Source of the DNA: Octopus vulgaris
Lineage: Eukaryota
DNA length: 64,000 nt
NCBI GenBank assembly: GCA_951406725.2
Contig: OX597814.1
Location: 74,090,001-74,154,000 of the forward strand
Direction of reading: 5' to 3'
This document shows positions 41,855 through 56,377 of this stretch, piece by piece. Both the position numbers and the translations under genes were made by a program. Positions within the stretch are counted from its first letter, which is position 1, and each line of letters begins with the position of its first letter. The notes under the pieces are model-generated. The model was not told the DNA's origin. It did no database searches and saw only the letters and a list, made by a program, of their open reading frames with translations.

Positions 41855-41890
<36 letters not shown>

Positions 41891-42015
41891 ACACATGGAT
41901 TCAAGTAATCCGGCAGTATACATAAAAAACTTCCTTAATGTATCATTCAACAAAACATACAGCATATAGTGTATATATCACGATACAAAAGAAAACTATA
42001 AGGAATGAATAAAAT

Positions 42016-42385
42016 TATAATGACAGAGAAATAGTATGATGAAAATTTATTTAACTATAAGAAAATTCAAATATCACGACAAATTGTTTCGTAATTCAAA
42101 TCATGTAAAGATAAATCATTTAATAATAAATAAATTACTTACATGTCTGCATTAATGCAAAAGGCAAATCTTTCATCCGAGGACGACGTAGCTTAATTTC
42201 TGCCATGTTTTGAAAGATTTTTTGCATTTTGTTTTAATGCAGACATGTAAATAATCTATTTATTATCAAATATAATAATATAAATTATCTTTACATGATT
42301 TAAGTTACGAAACAGATTGTCGTGATATTTGAATTTTCTTACAATTAAATAAATTTTCATCAAACTATTTCCCTGTCGCTTATAA
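42016..42385. repeat. Imperfect inverted repeat (~150-bp arms), probably pLTR-derived
   Basis: 42016-42162 versus 42227-42385. Includes the HHR 3'-half-like GTTACGAAACAGATTGTC. Confidence 0.7.
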
Positions 42386-42445
<60 letters not shown>

Positions 42446-44093
42446 GTTTGATAAAGATACTCTGAACTTGGTTCTGTTCAGGCACTGAAACTAGTGTGGC
42501 TAATCTCACTAAAAATTAGTAGAAAGATCAAGATAGGATGGCGAATGTTTAGATCACTTTGGTACAGTATTATTGCATAACTACTGACTAGATTAGACGG
42601 TCAACCGTTTCATTTCATGCAGAAAGAGATTTTTGTTCAGAAAGTTTATTTACTACTATAGCGAGGGGTGGATTTTGTACACAAACTGAACCTCAAAATG
42701 ATGTGCAGTCATCCGCCAAGGCTGTATTATTTGTAAAAATTCCTGTAGAGGTCTTGTCGATTTATATAAATATTTGTCCAGAAGAACATTTTCTGTGAGT
42801 TTAATCGAAGCTATCAATTGTTTCGACAATTTTACGGTGCGACGTTTTTTAATGAGAATTATACTAAGATTCTATTACACAAACATGCAGTAAGGTCTCT
42901 CGATTACTATAATATATCGATGCTCTTCCGAGCTGATGTGACTTTCCTTGGTGACGAGAACTGTCCGGTATCGTGAAAACTTAGATGAATAACGACTTTG
43001 ACACTATTTCTAACAACGTGTTAGACACGGTTAAGAAGATATTTTTACTATATCATGATTTTATTGTTTGTTTTCTCTAACTACTCCAGTATTAGAAGTA
43101 GTTTAACAAGGTCTTTGACCTAATGTATACATCTTTTATAATCCTATTTACCATTGAAATTCGCTAACCTGTTGACTTTTTATTATAATGAAGTTATGCC
43201 AGCACAGACAGTGCAGCTTGGATTTGTGTATATAATAGTTAATTTATTAGCATTTCATTATTGTCGTTGATATTTTCAAGAGAGATAAATTTATAACTCG
43301 GTTTCAATGTTTGATTGAAACTATTTTAATCCGTTTACATTGCTGATGACTTCGGGAAACAAAAATGCGAGTGAGTCCCTAAACAGCCACTCTGCATGCT
43401 ATAAATAGTAGCAAACTCCCTCAACTACACCTACCGTCTAAACAATGGATTCACTCGGCACTTTAGGATGGAATAATCTCGGCTTGAAGGACTTTGATTG
43501 TGGTTTTACACAATCGGAGGCCTAGGTTAAACGACAATTGCAATAACAAAAGCAAGATCAAAAAACGACGACGTACAAAAACACTACAATTCATCTGCAT
43601 TTGAGATTGTTTGTTTCTTTGTTAGTGTGCGTTGTGTGTATGTGCGGTTGTGTCATTTTTATGTCGTCATATTCTTAGCATTCGATAAGTCCCAAGTTTT
43701 CAAGGGGTACGGTTTCAAATAAATGAATATATATTGGAAACTGGCAATTAATAATTACTTATACCAATTAAAAACTAATGTTTCTAAATCGCAAATATCT
43801 TCCCGATAAAGTGCAACTATTTGAAACATTTTTGCTAACTTCAGAGAAATAGTTGAGTATGTCGGCCCACGTCTTGAAGGACGACCGTTTGTATTTCGAC
43901 ACTGATTTGTCTTTATCGCAAGGTCACTTTGGTTTAGTCGATATGGTTGTAAAATTAATACTATGGAAATGTACAGTTCAAGGTTTATTTTTGTTAAAGA
44001 ACCTGGCAGATCACAAAGCATACCACGTTAATTTTAGTTAACTTAATATCAAGATTTAGAATAACATTTTGATTATGCACAATGCTTAACCAT

Positions 44094-44137
44094 GCTATTT
44101 AAAAGTGATCCAGATTACTGGATCACTTTTAAATAGC
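44094..44137. repeat. Perfect 20-bp-arm palindrome with a 4-nt loop
   Basis: GCTATTTAAAAGTGATCCAG-ATTA-CTGGATCACTTTTAAATAGC. Confidence 0.9.
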
Positions 44138-44412
44138 TCAATCAGCTTAAACAAAAAATGATCTTGAAAATGGGTTCGTTATCTCAGACGAATCCATACA
44201 CACGCGCGCACACACGTCTATATCTGTAATGTAAGGCAAGATAAACCTATTTTTCTAAACACACCGGACCTGTTGAGGTAAAGCAACAATTGCTAACAAA
44301 TACCATTTTCTTTCTCTCTGTGTAAAATTGTGTCTATCTGCTCGGTTTTAAATATCGCTTGATTATTATGAGTGGTCAAAATCCCATTTGATCTGAAAGA
44401 AGTATACTTACT

Positions 44413-44626
44413 GAGCTGGTGCATAATTATTCAACAAAAACAATAACAACATGTAACAAAAACATCTTTAAATGATTATTCTGGAGTATATTCACCATCT
44501 ACTTCAATTACTGCTCCCCATTTGCTTGGAAGACGGTCATTTAAAGATGTTTTTGTTAAATATCGTTATTGTTTTTGTTGAATAAAATTTGTTGAAAAAA
44601 GCCTCAATAATTATGCACCAACCCAA
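44413..44626. mobile_element. Mariner-derived MITE-like foldback remnant
   Basis: TGGTGCATAATTATT / AATAATTATGCACCAACCCAA-TA ends. The minus strand encodes RLPSKWGAVIEVDGEY, a mariner C-terminus. Confidence 0.65.
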
Positions 44627-46004
44627 TAACAGTTATGTATAGTCACTAAATTTAATGAGTTGGTGCAACCGAGGAATTCCATTTGTATGAATTGTGCTTC
44701 TTTGACGAATATTCAAATGAATTAATTAAGTAACGAACGGCTTCCATTATCGCCATCGTAGTATTTTGACAATGTATACAAATGTTTTTCTTTCCCTCTG
44801 TGGGCAAATAAAATGGATCTGATAGATTGGCTCAAAATCGGTTTCAGTTTATTTTTCTGATAGAAATGCACTGAGAGAGAAATATAGCAAATACATATAT
44901 ATAGTCACTATATATAGTGTTTGCTCAACTGATTAGTTAAGTTTGCATAAGAAGTGATTCATAGATTATTTTTCCTAATGTTTTTTTGTTGTGGGTAGAA
45001 AATACAATATAGGTTTCAAATTTTTGGGAGAAGGAGTGAGTTGATTACATCAACTGGTATTTGATTTATCAATATGTACTTAATTCATCGACCCCGAAAG
45101 TCGATCTTGGCGGATTAACGATGACTTACATTTCAATTTTCAACATATTCCAGCAGTTTCGAACTTGAATAATCACCAAGGTACTTTGTCATTGAAGAAC
45201 ACATCCTTCTTTCAGACGAATATGTATTCATAACATATTCAATTCTTTATTGTGAGTGGGCTTTGGGGCTCCCGTTATTTCAATATCATTGTGTCTCCTT
45301 AGGAAAATCTTCCTCGGATTAATGAATCTAACAAGAGTTTCTGGCTCTTGATTACAACTTCTGCAAACAAATTATTTGCTAATGCGTGGTGATATCTGTC
45401 AACTGGTAATAAATTGTCATGGGCAATAACGTTCCCTTATGCTAATGAACCGAACGTTTTATGAACATCTATTCGTCTTGAACGGAGGCTTACAATAATC
45501 TATGGACCCCTTTGATTAATGTTTTATTTTGGTGAGCCCCCATAGCCATTCGATGTTTAAAAATTAGTTTTATAGAAACTTCTTTCAAAGACCCTGTTTT
45601 GTTTTTCACACATTAACTTGTATAAGTTGAACTATGTAAAATGTTGTCTCTTACATCTAAAGCAGAATTTTTCAGGGGCCCTTACAAATACTATTGTGGA
45701 CCCTCTGTTTACTATTTTATGACGACCTACACCCTCTCCAAATCTTAGATGGAGCCTGGTTGAGAACCATTTGTCTAAAAGGATAAGTTGTTCTTTAATG
45801 ACGAATACAATCGAGATTAGCAAATTCACACATTAATAATGGAAACGCAAGTCACTGAAAATTAATTCTAAATCTGGTAAAACTGCCCAAGAAGATCCAT
45901 TTTTTTAATACCTATAGAGAGCAAGATAAGGATATACATATATATATGCAAACACACACACACACACACACATACATACATACATACATACATACATACA
46001 TACA

Positions 46005-46082
<78 letters not shown>

Positions 46083-46087
<5 letters not shown>

Positions 46088-46273
46088 TTAATAAATAGGG
46101 TTCAGCAAAGATTTGCTTTACCACATACCGAAGTTTAGAAATAGCAGCCAAAAAACGTTAGCTATTTCTTCTACGTAAAACTTGAAAACAATCACACCGG
46201 CAGAGTGTTTCTAATTTCTAAATTTCGGTATGTGGTAAAGCAAATCTTTGCTGAACCCTATTTTTTAAGTATA
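46083..46273. repeat. Inverted repeat (~58-bp arms)
   Basis: ATAGGGTTCAGCAAAGATTTGCTTTACCACATACCGAA and its reverse complement. Confidence 0.85.
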
Positions 46274-46366
46274 CTTAAGTTTACCATGAAATGGTCCTTT
46301 TTTCATGCCGAATTCTACTTGGTGAAATTATTGATTACTTCTTAATTAATTAATTTTACCCTTTGT

Positions 46367-46451
<85 letters not shown>

Positions 46452-46764
46452 GAGAGAGAGAGGGGGAGGAAGATAGAAACGACTACCTCCTTACATGTTG
46501 AAGAAATAGATGCTTCAATGAAACATCTACGGTTCACCTTGATACGTAAAAGCTATTAGCGGGTGAGACGAATAGAATGATTTTTAAAAAATTACTGTGA
46601 GTTAAGAGTGGGCTATAGTTTTGGGTTAAAGATTCAATTAATTTTAAAATATCATTTTCTAAAAACTTGTCAAGTACGAGCCTTTTCAGCACTATCTCTC
46701 CATATTTACGAAAAATATGAATAATTAAAAAAATATTACCTTATTCGTTCACATATAAACAAGT

Positions 46765-47075
46765 GGAGGCGCAATGGTCCAGTGGTTAGGGCAGCGCAGT
46801 CGTAGGATCGCGGTTTCGATTCCCAGACCGGGCGTTGTGAGTGTTTATTGAGCGAAAACACCTAAAGCTCCACGAAACTCCGGCAAGGGGTGGGTGGGGT
46901 GGCGATCCCTGCTGTACTCTTTCGCCACAACTTTCTCTCACTCTTTCTTCTGTTGGCCTGCTCGCTTACCCAGCGGGGCGGCGTCATTTGAAGGCTAAAA
47001 CAATGCGAAGCGCATTGTGACCAGCGGTGTGTAGCAACATCTGATAGCCAGGTCGGTCACGGTGATCACAGTGAT
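46765..47075 (+). mobile_element. tRNA-derived SINE family 2
   Basis: GGAGGCGCAATGGTCCAGTGGTTAGG..GGTTTCGATTCCC head and TCACGGTGA-type tail. Confidence 0.75.
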
Positions 47076-47119
47076 ATATATAAACACGAGGATAAGGAAG
47101 CTTTCTTATCCTCTTGTTT

Positions 47120-47175
<56 letters not shown>

Positions 47176-47181
47176 GTATAT

Positions 47182-47338
47182 TCCTTTATTCTTTTATTTC
47201 TTTCAGTCGTTTGACTGCGGAGCACCGCCTTTAGTCGAACAAATCGGCCCCGGGACTTATTCTTTGTAAGCATAGTACTTATCCTATGGGTCTCTATTGC
47301 CAATCCGCTAAGTTTCGGGGACGTAAACACGCCAACAT
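47182..47338 (-). mobile_element. SINE family 1, 3' fragment
   Basis: Reverse complement of the family tail. Confidence 0.75.
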
Positions 47339-47348
47339 TTATATATAT

Positions 47349-47441
<93 letters not shown>

Positions 47442-47840
47442 GAGAGTGAGATGTTTTTTTTTTCAATTTGATGTAGTCAACCCACCGAAATTTCATTACA
47501 AAGCATTTTCGTATTTTCTTCTTTCCTTTCTCTTACTCCTCTTTCCCTTCTCAGCGCTAGATGACCTTTAAAGATGTCAATTTCAGGAAGTAGGATGGGA
47601 AGGATAAGAAAAGAGAGGAAGGTGTGGTCAACCCACGGTAAAGCTAGAAAATAAAGAGTTCAAACGCACGTTTATATATTTGTTGTGCAAGATTTTTTAT
47701 GTGAAGTCGTGTGTTGAAACCGATATTGTAATATTTCGGAATGGTCATTTTGCCAGGTTTAGCCAATAAAAACACACGCACTATATATTTGGTGTTACTT
47801 TGCTTCAGTGTTATTTATTTTTTACATTAATCTTAATTTC

Positions 47841-47885
47841 GGCCAGAGTTCTTTCGTCACACTCCTGTGACCGCATCAGTGGTCC
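47841..47885 (-). ncRNA. Degenerate HHR-like motif
   Basis: CCA-CUGAUGC-GGUCAC-AGGAGU-GUGAC-GAAA-GAAC-UC/UGG. It sits between inverted arms at about 47725-47796 and 47948-48021. Confidence 0.5.
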
Positions 47886-48021
47886 TTTGTTTTCTTCTTT
47901 CTTATTTGTGTCTCTCCTTACTAACCGTCAGCCATTTTGTATTTCTATAACACCAAATATATAGTGCATGTGTTTTTATTGGCTAAAACTGGCAAAATGA
48001 CCATTCCGAAATATAACAATA

Positions 48022-49680
48022 AAGAGTTCAAAGTCCTATGAAAATGTGTATTCCTTTACACTTGTATAGTCAAATCCCATATTCTGTATAATTCTGTTTT
48101 GCATGAACAAACATTAAATATTAGTACAACATTCATAAATTAGGTAAATAAAATCAGAATATAAAATAAATTTTGAGTTCGGTACTGTTTTTAATACAAT
48201 TTATTCTCTATGTACATTTAATCAAACATCATAAATGAGTTGCATAAAACTTATATATTTAGCTGGAAGCCACTCTGTAGGATATAAATTTTTCTTTCAC
48301 CTGTTTGCTTGGATAAGATAATTCAAAAGAGATCTTTTTCACAAATTATTTTGCCAAGTAGCTTATATTAGATATCTTTCCTAACCAGTGGTAAAATGGT
48401 TCTAGTATTCTTTCTCTATAAGAACAACAGTTGTTAAAATTCCTGTTATATATATGGTCAATTACAGAGATGAGTATCACGTTATTAACATTGGAGCCAC
48501 ATTTAGAAACAACAGTAACATTATAATATAAATGTTTTCTCTCTATCCATCATTATTACTATTAAAAAAAAAATAAAGTGGTTAAATGACCATGAAGAAG
48601 CTTTCTTGGTAGATACCAAAACCATCTAGCATACATTGATGTCACCATTCATGGTAATGTGAATATTGTTAGACAGCAATATAGCGTTTATTGGAACATT
48701 CATTTGCATTATTTCTCTTCAGTCGTATTAGCTGGGCACAGCGTCTGTTTGTGTTAATCATGTAATGCTCATAGCTTGTTTGATTTGAAGGGGTGCTCAT
48801 GCATATTGTCTCAGTTTCTCTTTTCAATCTTTTTGAAAAAATGTAGTTTCTCTGCTTCTCTTTCAAACATTTAATTTTGGAAGGAATTTTTTGATGAAGT
48901 GTAGCTCCATTGCTTTTCGAAAGTTTGGATCATTTCTTGTACATTTGTAAAAGGGTAAGTTTTTGAACTTTCCTTTACCGCATATTTCTAGATACTTGCT
49001 CAATTCCTCTTGTCGGATATGTTGTCTGTGAATTTTTCACGTTTTCAGAGGGAATTGCTTGTTTCGCCAATGTAACTTTCCTTGCAACTGGGGTAAATAA
49101 TGCAGTATATGAGATTCTGCATTTTGCAGTTTATATCTGCATTTACTTTAAATGAGAATCTGCTCTTGAATTTTATGTGGGAATCACTTTCTAAATATTT
49201 GAAGTTGTTGCATGTTTCACATCTGCTATCTCCACATTCTTTTACGGAGAAGTCTGATTCTCTGAAGTGAATTTTGCTCTTGTGAGGTGCTTTTTTGAGA
49301 TTTTTTGGCTGAGGTCAGCTGTTTCGTAAAGGGGTTTTTATCAATCAGATTTTTCATTTTGGAGCTTTGAAGAAATATTGGTTGGTTTCATTTTATGGTA
49401 TGAAAATGTTGGTTACCACAAGATTGTGCGTATTGATAAATGGAATCGTGTATTCATTAATTTTTTCATTTGGTATCCTTAGTTGTATGATGTAAAACAT
49501 ATCGACAGATAAAGGGCATGGATATGGGGAGGAGGCTTGCACCTTCATAGGCTAACCTAGTCATGGGATACTTGGAAGAAAAGCTTTATGAGAAGGTAGA
49601 GAGAGCTTTTAATCATGATTACAAGAAATACGTCATTAAAAAGTGGAAACGCTTCCTCAATGACTGCTTTATCTTTTGAG
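48022..49680 (-). mobile_element. Second copy of the 5683-9720 PLE family, with a 5' inversion
   Basis: 3' UTR and GIY-YIG are colinear with 5683-7975. 49493-49680 (+) encodes KTYRQIKG..APS*ANLVMGYLEEKLYEK..WKRFLNDCF. Confidence 0.85.
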
Positions 49681-49754
49681 AAATATGCGGTGAAGAAAAT
49701 TAAAAAAATTTTCCCTTTTACAAACGTTCAAGACATGAACCAAAACACTTCTAA

Positions 49755-49792
<38 letters not shown>

Positions 49793-50040
49793 TTATATAT
49801 ATGTACAACAAGTGAAGTTGAAAGGTACCGCACAAGTGGTAATATATATGAAAGAAGGTTTGAAAATGCAATTTTAAAGACGTTTATTCACTTGACCGGT
49901 TTCACTTTTTTAGAAAAAATTGTCAAAGGTAAAATGTAAAGCTTTGTATAAACTTTTTCTTGTGTTAAGTACTGGTTGTCACAAAAGTATTAAAATACAT
50001 ATATACATCCTGTGATAATAAGAAAATATTAAAAACAGTT

Positions 50041-50049
50041 TACATATAT

Positions 50050-50128
<79 letters not shown>

Positions 50129-50249
50129 CATATACATACATATATATACATATATACATATACATATACATATATATATACATATACATAGATATATACA
50201 TATATATATACATATACATAGATATATACATATATATATACATATACAT

Positions 50250-50280
<31 letters not shown>

Positions 50281-50871
50281 CGTATATATATACATATATA
50301 TATACATATATATACACATATATATATACATATATATATACATATATATATACATATATATATATATACACATATATACATATTTATACATATATGTATA
50401 TATATATATACATATATATATACATATATATATATACATATATATATACATATATACATATACATACATATATATATATATACATATATACATATACATA
50501 TATATATACATATATACATATACATACATATATATATATATACATATATACATATACATACATATATATACATATATACATATACATATATACATGTACA
50601 TATATACATATACATATATACATATACATATATACATATACATATACATATATATATATACATATACATATACATATATATATATACATATATACATATA
50701 CATATATACATATACATAAATATATATATATACATATATATACATATATCTATATATATACATATATACATATACATATATACATATATATATATACATA
50801 TATATATATACATATATATACATATATACATATACATATATATACATATATATATACATATATACATACAC

Positions 50872-50906
<35 letters not shown>

Positions 50907-51121
50907 CATATATGCATATACATATATACATACATATATATACATATATACATACATATATATACATATATACATACATATATATACATATATACATATA
51001 CATATATGTATATATATACATATATGCATATATATACATATATGCATATATATACATATATATATATACATATATATATACATATATATACATATATATA
51101 TATACATATATATATATACAT

Positions 51122-51164
<43 letters not shown>

Positions 51165-51261
51165 TATATACACATATATATATATACATATATATACATA
51201 TATATATATACATATATATACATATATATATATACATATATATACACATATATATATACAT
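50041..51261. repeat. ~1.2-kb (TA)/(TACA) microsatellite field
   Basis: Directly visible. Similar fields lie at 52725-53220 and 54146-55530. Confidence 0.95.
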
Positions 51262-51598
51262 AAGGTAAAGACCCCCTTCGGTCATGAATGACCATGGGAT
51301 TGCACCTAGAAAGTTACCCTCCTAGACACAAGTCCGGGCAAGGTTGTTTATGGAAGACCAGCAGTCGCCCATGCATACCGGTCTCCTCTCTCCACGCCAC
51401 CAGTGTTATCCAATGGAAAGACAAAGGTCGATACAGCTTGGCACCAGTGACGTTGCAACTCATTTCTACAGCTGAGTGAACTGGAGCAACGTGAAATAAA
51501 GTGCCTTGCTCAAGAACACAACACGCGGCCCGGTCCGGGATTCGAGCTCACAACCTCACGATCGTAAGCTCGACGCTCTGACCACTGAGCCATGCGAC
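51262..51598 (-). mobile_element. tRNA-derived SINE family 3 (full length)
   Basis: Minus head GCATGGCTCAGTGGTCAGAGCG..GCTCGAATCCCG followed by TGTGTTCTTGAGCAAGGCACTT, a motif typical of conserved-core SINE bodies. Confidence 0.85.
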
Positions 51599-51676
51599 AC
51601 ACACACATATATATATATATACATATATATATACATACATATGCATATATATATATACATATGTATATATATATGT

Positions 51677-51726
<50 letters not shown>

Positions 51727-51867
51727 ATAAAACGGTAAGATAACAAAAGAAAGAAGGAGACCTCAATATTATGTAAATAGAGGAAATTTATCTATACAAT
51801 ATGTTACATTACTCGGTAGTCAAGATAAAACTCTGAGTTTCAGATGCCGAAGTGGAAATCCACAACC

Positions 51868-52029
51868 GCAGGAGTGGCTGTGTGGTAAGTAGCTTGCATA
51901 CCAACCACATGGTTCCGGGTTCTGTCCCACTGCGTGACACCTTGGGCAAGTGTCTTCTACTATAGCCTCGGGCCGACCAAAGCCTTGTGAGTGGATTTGG
52001 TAGACGGGAACTGAAAGAAGCCCGTCGTA

Positions 52030-52090
<61 letters not shown>

Positions 52091-52312
52091 GTGTATGTTT
52101 GTGTGTCTGTGTTTATCCCACTAGCATTGCTTGACAACGGATGGTGGTGTGTTTAAGTCCCCGTCACTTAGCGGTTCGGCATAAGAGACCGATATAATAA
52201 GTACTGGGCTTACAGAGAATAAGTCCCGGGGTCGAGTTGCTCGACTAAAGGCGGTGCTCCAGCATGGCCGCAGTCGAATGACTGAAACAAGTAAAAGAGA
52301 AAAGAGAAAAGA
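51868..52312 (+). mobile_element. SINE family 1 (full length)
   Basis: A/B boxes, body and tail. Confidence 0.9.
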
Positions 52313-52477
52313 GAATACATATTCACTCGTGAATTTCATTACAAACAACATGGACTAAGAAAAATATATTTTCATATAAATTAAATATTATATCATGAAT
52401 ACCGATTGCGAAACTGGTCGATGTATTAAAAATTATATTACAACCATGTAAGTGTGCGTATTTTCCTTTTTTAATTT

Positions 52478-52521
<44 letters not shown>

Positions 52522-52585
52522 TAGATCGTTATCTCCTACACGCATTTTTTTCTATCCTTGTTTCTCTGCTGGTTTTTTCTGTGTA

Positions 52586-52623
52586 TCTTTCTGTCAAAGA
52601 GCGTAGGCTCGAAACGTAAAAGA
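52586..52623 (+). ncRNA. Degenerate ultra-minimal HHR-like motif
   Basis: UCUUU-CUGUCAAA-GAGC-GUAG-GCUC-GAAA-CG-UA/AAAGA. Stems I and II are perfect, stem III is ACGU, and the core is non-canonical. Confidence 0.45.
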
Positions 52624-52765
52624 CTTTTACTATTTCTATTCCTGAGCGCTATGCTAATACATGTTTGTTTGTTTGTACCCCACCTGCCTTCGTCTTTTGT
52701 TTATTTTCGTAAACTTTCCCGTTATGTATATATACATATGTGTATATATATATACATATGTATAC

Positions 52766-52812
<47 letters not shown>

Positions 52813-52868
52813 CATATATATATATATATGTATATATATATGTATACATAAGTATATATATATATATA

Positions 52869-52927
<59 letters not shown>

Positions 52928-53073
52928 ACATACATATATATATATATATATATACATATATATACATATATATACATATATATACATACACATGTATACA
53001 TACATATGTATACATATATATATATATACATATATATACATATATATACATACATATGTATACATACATATGT

Positions 53074-53114
<41 letters not shown>

Positions 53115-53221
53115 TATTCATACATATGTATACATATATATATATATATACATATGTATACATATATATATACATATGTATATATATATACATATATATA
53201 TATACATATATATATACATAT

Positions 53222-54145
53222 CTCGAGACAAAGAATAAGTAAAGAAAATCTCTTTATTACAAAATACAAGCCACTTCTTAACGGGTCTACGACAAACAAT
53301 TAATATACCTCAACTTTAGAATAAAAGAAAAAAATATATATACACACACAAATACTACACTCCATAGAATCCATTACTAATCAGCCCCTTCATAGCTATA
53401 TTTACACCCATTCATATTCTCCCTTCTCTGTTTTTTTCTTCTTCTTCTTCTTCATCATCATCGTTATCATCATCATCGGCGTCATCATCATCACCACCAT
53501 CTTCTCCTTCTCCTTCTTCTTCTTCTTCTTCTTCTTCTTCTCCTTCTTCTTCTTCTTCTTCTTCTTCTTCTTCTTCTTCTTCTTCATCATCGTTATCATC
53601 ATCATCGTCGTCATAATCATCACCACCATCACCATCATCTTCTCCTTCTCCTTCTTCTTCTTCTTCTTCTTCTTCTTCTTCTTCTTCTCCACCCCCTACC
53701 CCTTAAGTTTGTCACTAATGTTTTTTAGTATAACACCTACGCTAATTCTATAAACAATCCTGAATTGAACTGAGACTGCCAGCCGCCACTGACCATTCAA
53801 AATACGACCATCAGGGCACTCCCAGATTCTCCCACCCCCTTTCCTCACCAGCCTTCCCTCTACTACCCTACCAAGAACTCACAACTACCTCGAACACACA
53901 AGTGCAAACAAGGGAGTCAGAGAAAGGCAGAATGCCACTTAAATCTGAACACTACTATAGAAATATTCTTTTAAAAAAACTTTTCTTCTAATTTTTCTAA
54001 ATTTAATTATTTAATCGTTACAGTTGAAAAGGTCTCAAAATGACCGAAACCGGTACTGAAATGTTCACTATAAAATTATTTTAGCATTTTCTATTTTTTA
54101 CTTGTTTTTTCATATATATCAACTCGTGTGTTCCTTTTCACCCTT
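53222..54145 (+). mobile_element. PLE family 3, 3' end
   Basis: [20 protein letters not shown] followed by a UTR with (TTC)n/(ATC)n and a pLTR homologous to 27250-27545. Confidence 0.8.
54021..54058 (+). ncRNA. Minimal HHR, U3-A8 core, covarying stem II
   Basis: CAG-UUGAAAA-GGUC-UCAAAAU-GACC-GAAA-CCGG-UA/CUG. Confidence 0.75.
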
Positions 54146-54191
54146 ATACATACATATATATATATACATATATATATACATATATATATAC

Positions 54192-54222
<31 letters not shown>

Positions 54223-54481
54223 CATATATATATATACATATATATGTATATATATATATGTATATATATATATACATATATTTGTATATATATATCTATA
54301 TATATATACATATATATATATATGAATATATATATATACACACATATATATATATATATACATATATATACATATATATACATATATATACATATATATA
54401 TACATATATATACATATATATACATATACATATATATACATATATATACATATATATATATACATGTATATACATATATAT

Positions 54482-54618
54482 ACTCTCTTTTACTTGTTTC
54501 AGTCATTTGACTGCGGCCATGGTGGAGCACCGCCTTTAATCGAGCAACTCGACCCCGGGACTTATTCTTTTGTAAGCCCTGTACATATATTTGTATATAT
54601 CTATCTATATATATATAC

Positions 54619-54685
<67 letters not shown>

Positions 54686-55008
54686 TATATATATATACAT
54701 ATACATATATATACATATGTATACATATATATACATATGTATACATATACATATATATACATATATATATACATGTATATACATATATATACTCTCTTTT
54801 ACTCTCTCTTTTACTTGTTTCAGTCATTTGACTGCGGCCATGGTGGAGCACCGCCTTTAATCGAGCAACTCGACCCCGGGACTTATTCTTTTGTAAGCCC
54901 TGTACTTATTCTATCGCTCTCTTTTGCCGAACCGCTAAGTAACGGGGACATAAACACACCAGCATCGGTTGTCAAGCAATGCTAGAGGGACAAACAGAGA
55001 CACAAACA
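54482..55008 (-). mobile_element. SINE family 1, 3' half with a tandemly duplicated tail
   Basis: TTTTACTTGTTTCAGTCATTTGACTGCGGCCATGG..GTAAGCCCTGTAC occurs near 54488 and 54810. Confidence 0.85.
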
Positions 55009-55081
55009 CACATATATATATATACATATATATATATGCATATATATACATACAAGCTTATATATACATACATATATATAT

Positions 55082-55138
<57 letters not shown>

Positions 55139-55531
55139 TATACATATATATATATATACATATATATATACATACATATATATATATACATATATATACA
55201 TATATATATATACGTATATATATACATATATATATATACATATATACATATATATATACATATATATATATATACATATATATATATACATATATATATA
55301 TTTACATATATATATACATACATATATATATACATATATATATACATATACATACATATATATATACATATATATATATACATATATATATATGCATATA
55401 TATGTACATATATATACATATATACATATATATATATATACATATATATGTACATATATATATATACATATATACATATATATATATACATATATATACA
55501 TATATAATATATATACATATACTTATATATA

Positions 55532-56377
55532 CTAGCAGAATTGCCCGGCGTTGCTCGGGGCTGAATTGCTTGAAAGTACTGTTAATGATTGCACTGAATT
55601 ATGATGATTATTCAGGCAAATATTGATATAAGTTTACGGTGGGAGATAAGGACTTAACGATAAAACGTGTGCCATTGTATTGTTTTGGGGGAACCAAATT
55701 TCTGATGAGCATTATAGGGGCACCAACTTTAAGTTTGAGAAAGTGTGGTGGTAGTCCGGGGTGCTCAAAGGAATTGAGTACCTCTATTGGATAGTTGATG
55801 ACGTCCTCTGGGTCAGGAGTTGTATCGATAGACTGATATACATAGACTTCCCCAGGAATGAGTTTTAGCATTTCATCATTAATATGGTGAACAGTTTAAT
55901 TCCTCGGGGCCAGTATAGCCTTTTTGCCAATCCAATCCATATTCTGATAATTAGCTTGTAGATCTGGGAACACTGCATCTCTGAGATCAGAAGGTGTCTT
56001 AACAATGGTACAAATGGAATCGATGGCAATATTACCATTTTCATCCCCTGGTATTTTGCCTTCGCCAAGTGCAAGGAGGGTGTGAGGAAATGTTGCTGAT
56101 GTGATATTACGTCGCATATGAGCACGCATATTGGTGTGAAGTTTGAGAGTTACTTCCCTTTATTAAAAAAATATGCATTAAAATGGAAAAAAATGATGGT
56201 AAATTATTTGTAAAATCATAGACTCATCGTAGACGCGCGCTAATACCCAGAAGGGCTCGATATGAATCACGACTATAAGATACCCGGTTTTGGTTAAACT
56301 GCATTGCAAAATGTGGGAGTAGTTAGGAATCTAAATCGGAGTAGACAGACACACAACCTTTCTTTTATATATAAATA
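55532..56377 (-). mobile_element. Deleted Helitron with a Pif1-type helicase fragment
   Basis: 3' end on minus is the hairpin CCCGAGCAACGCCGGG followed by CTAG|T. Helicase remnant L.TNMRA..LLALGEG..AILAPRN..YPIEVLNS..GLPPHFLKLKVGAPIMLIRNL..NGTRF. Confidence 0.9.

Noticed and set aside
43343-43375. CTGATGA-CTTCGG-GAAAC as a hammerhead
   Set aside because: No stem III, NUH triplet or stem I partner follows.
51520-51598. tRNA gene (also 46765-46830 and 18018-18090)
   Set aside because: Only A/B-box tRNA-like heads followed by SINE bodies, with no complete acceptor stem.
55608-56129. Host PIF1 helicase gene
   Set aside because: It is an intronless, stop-interrupted fragment bounded by Helitron termini.
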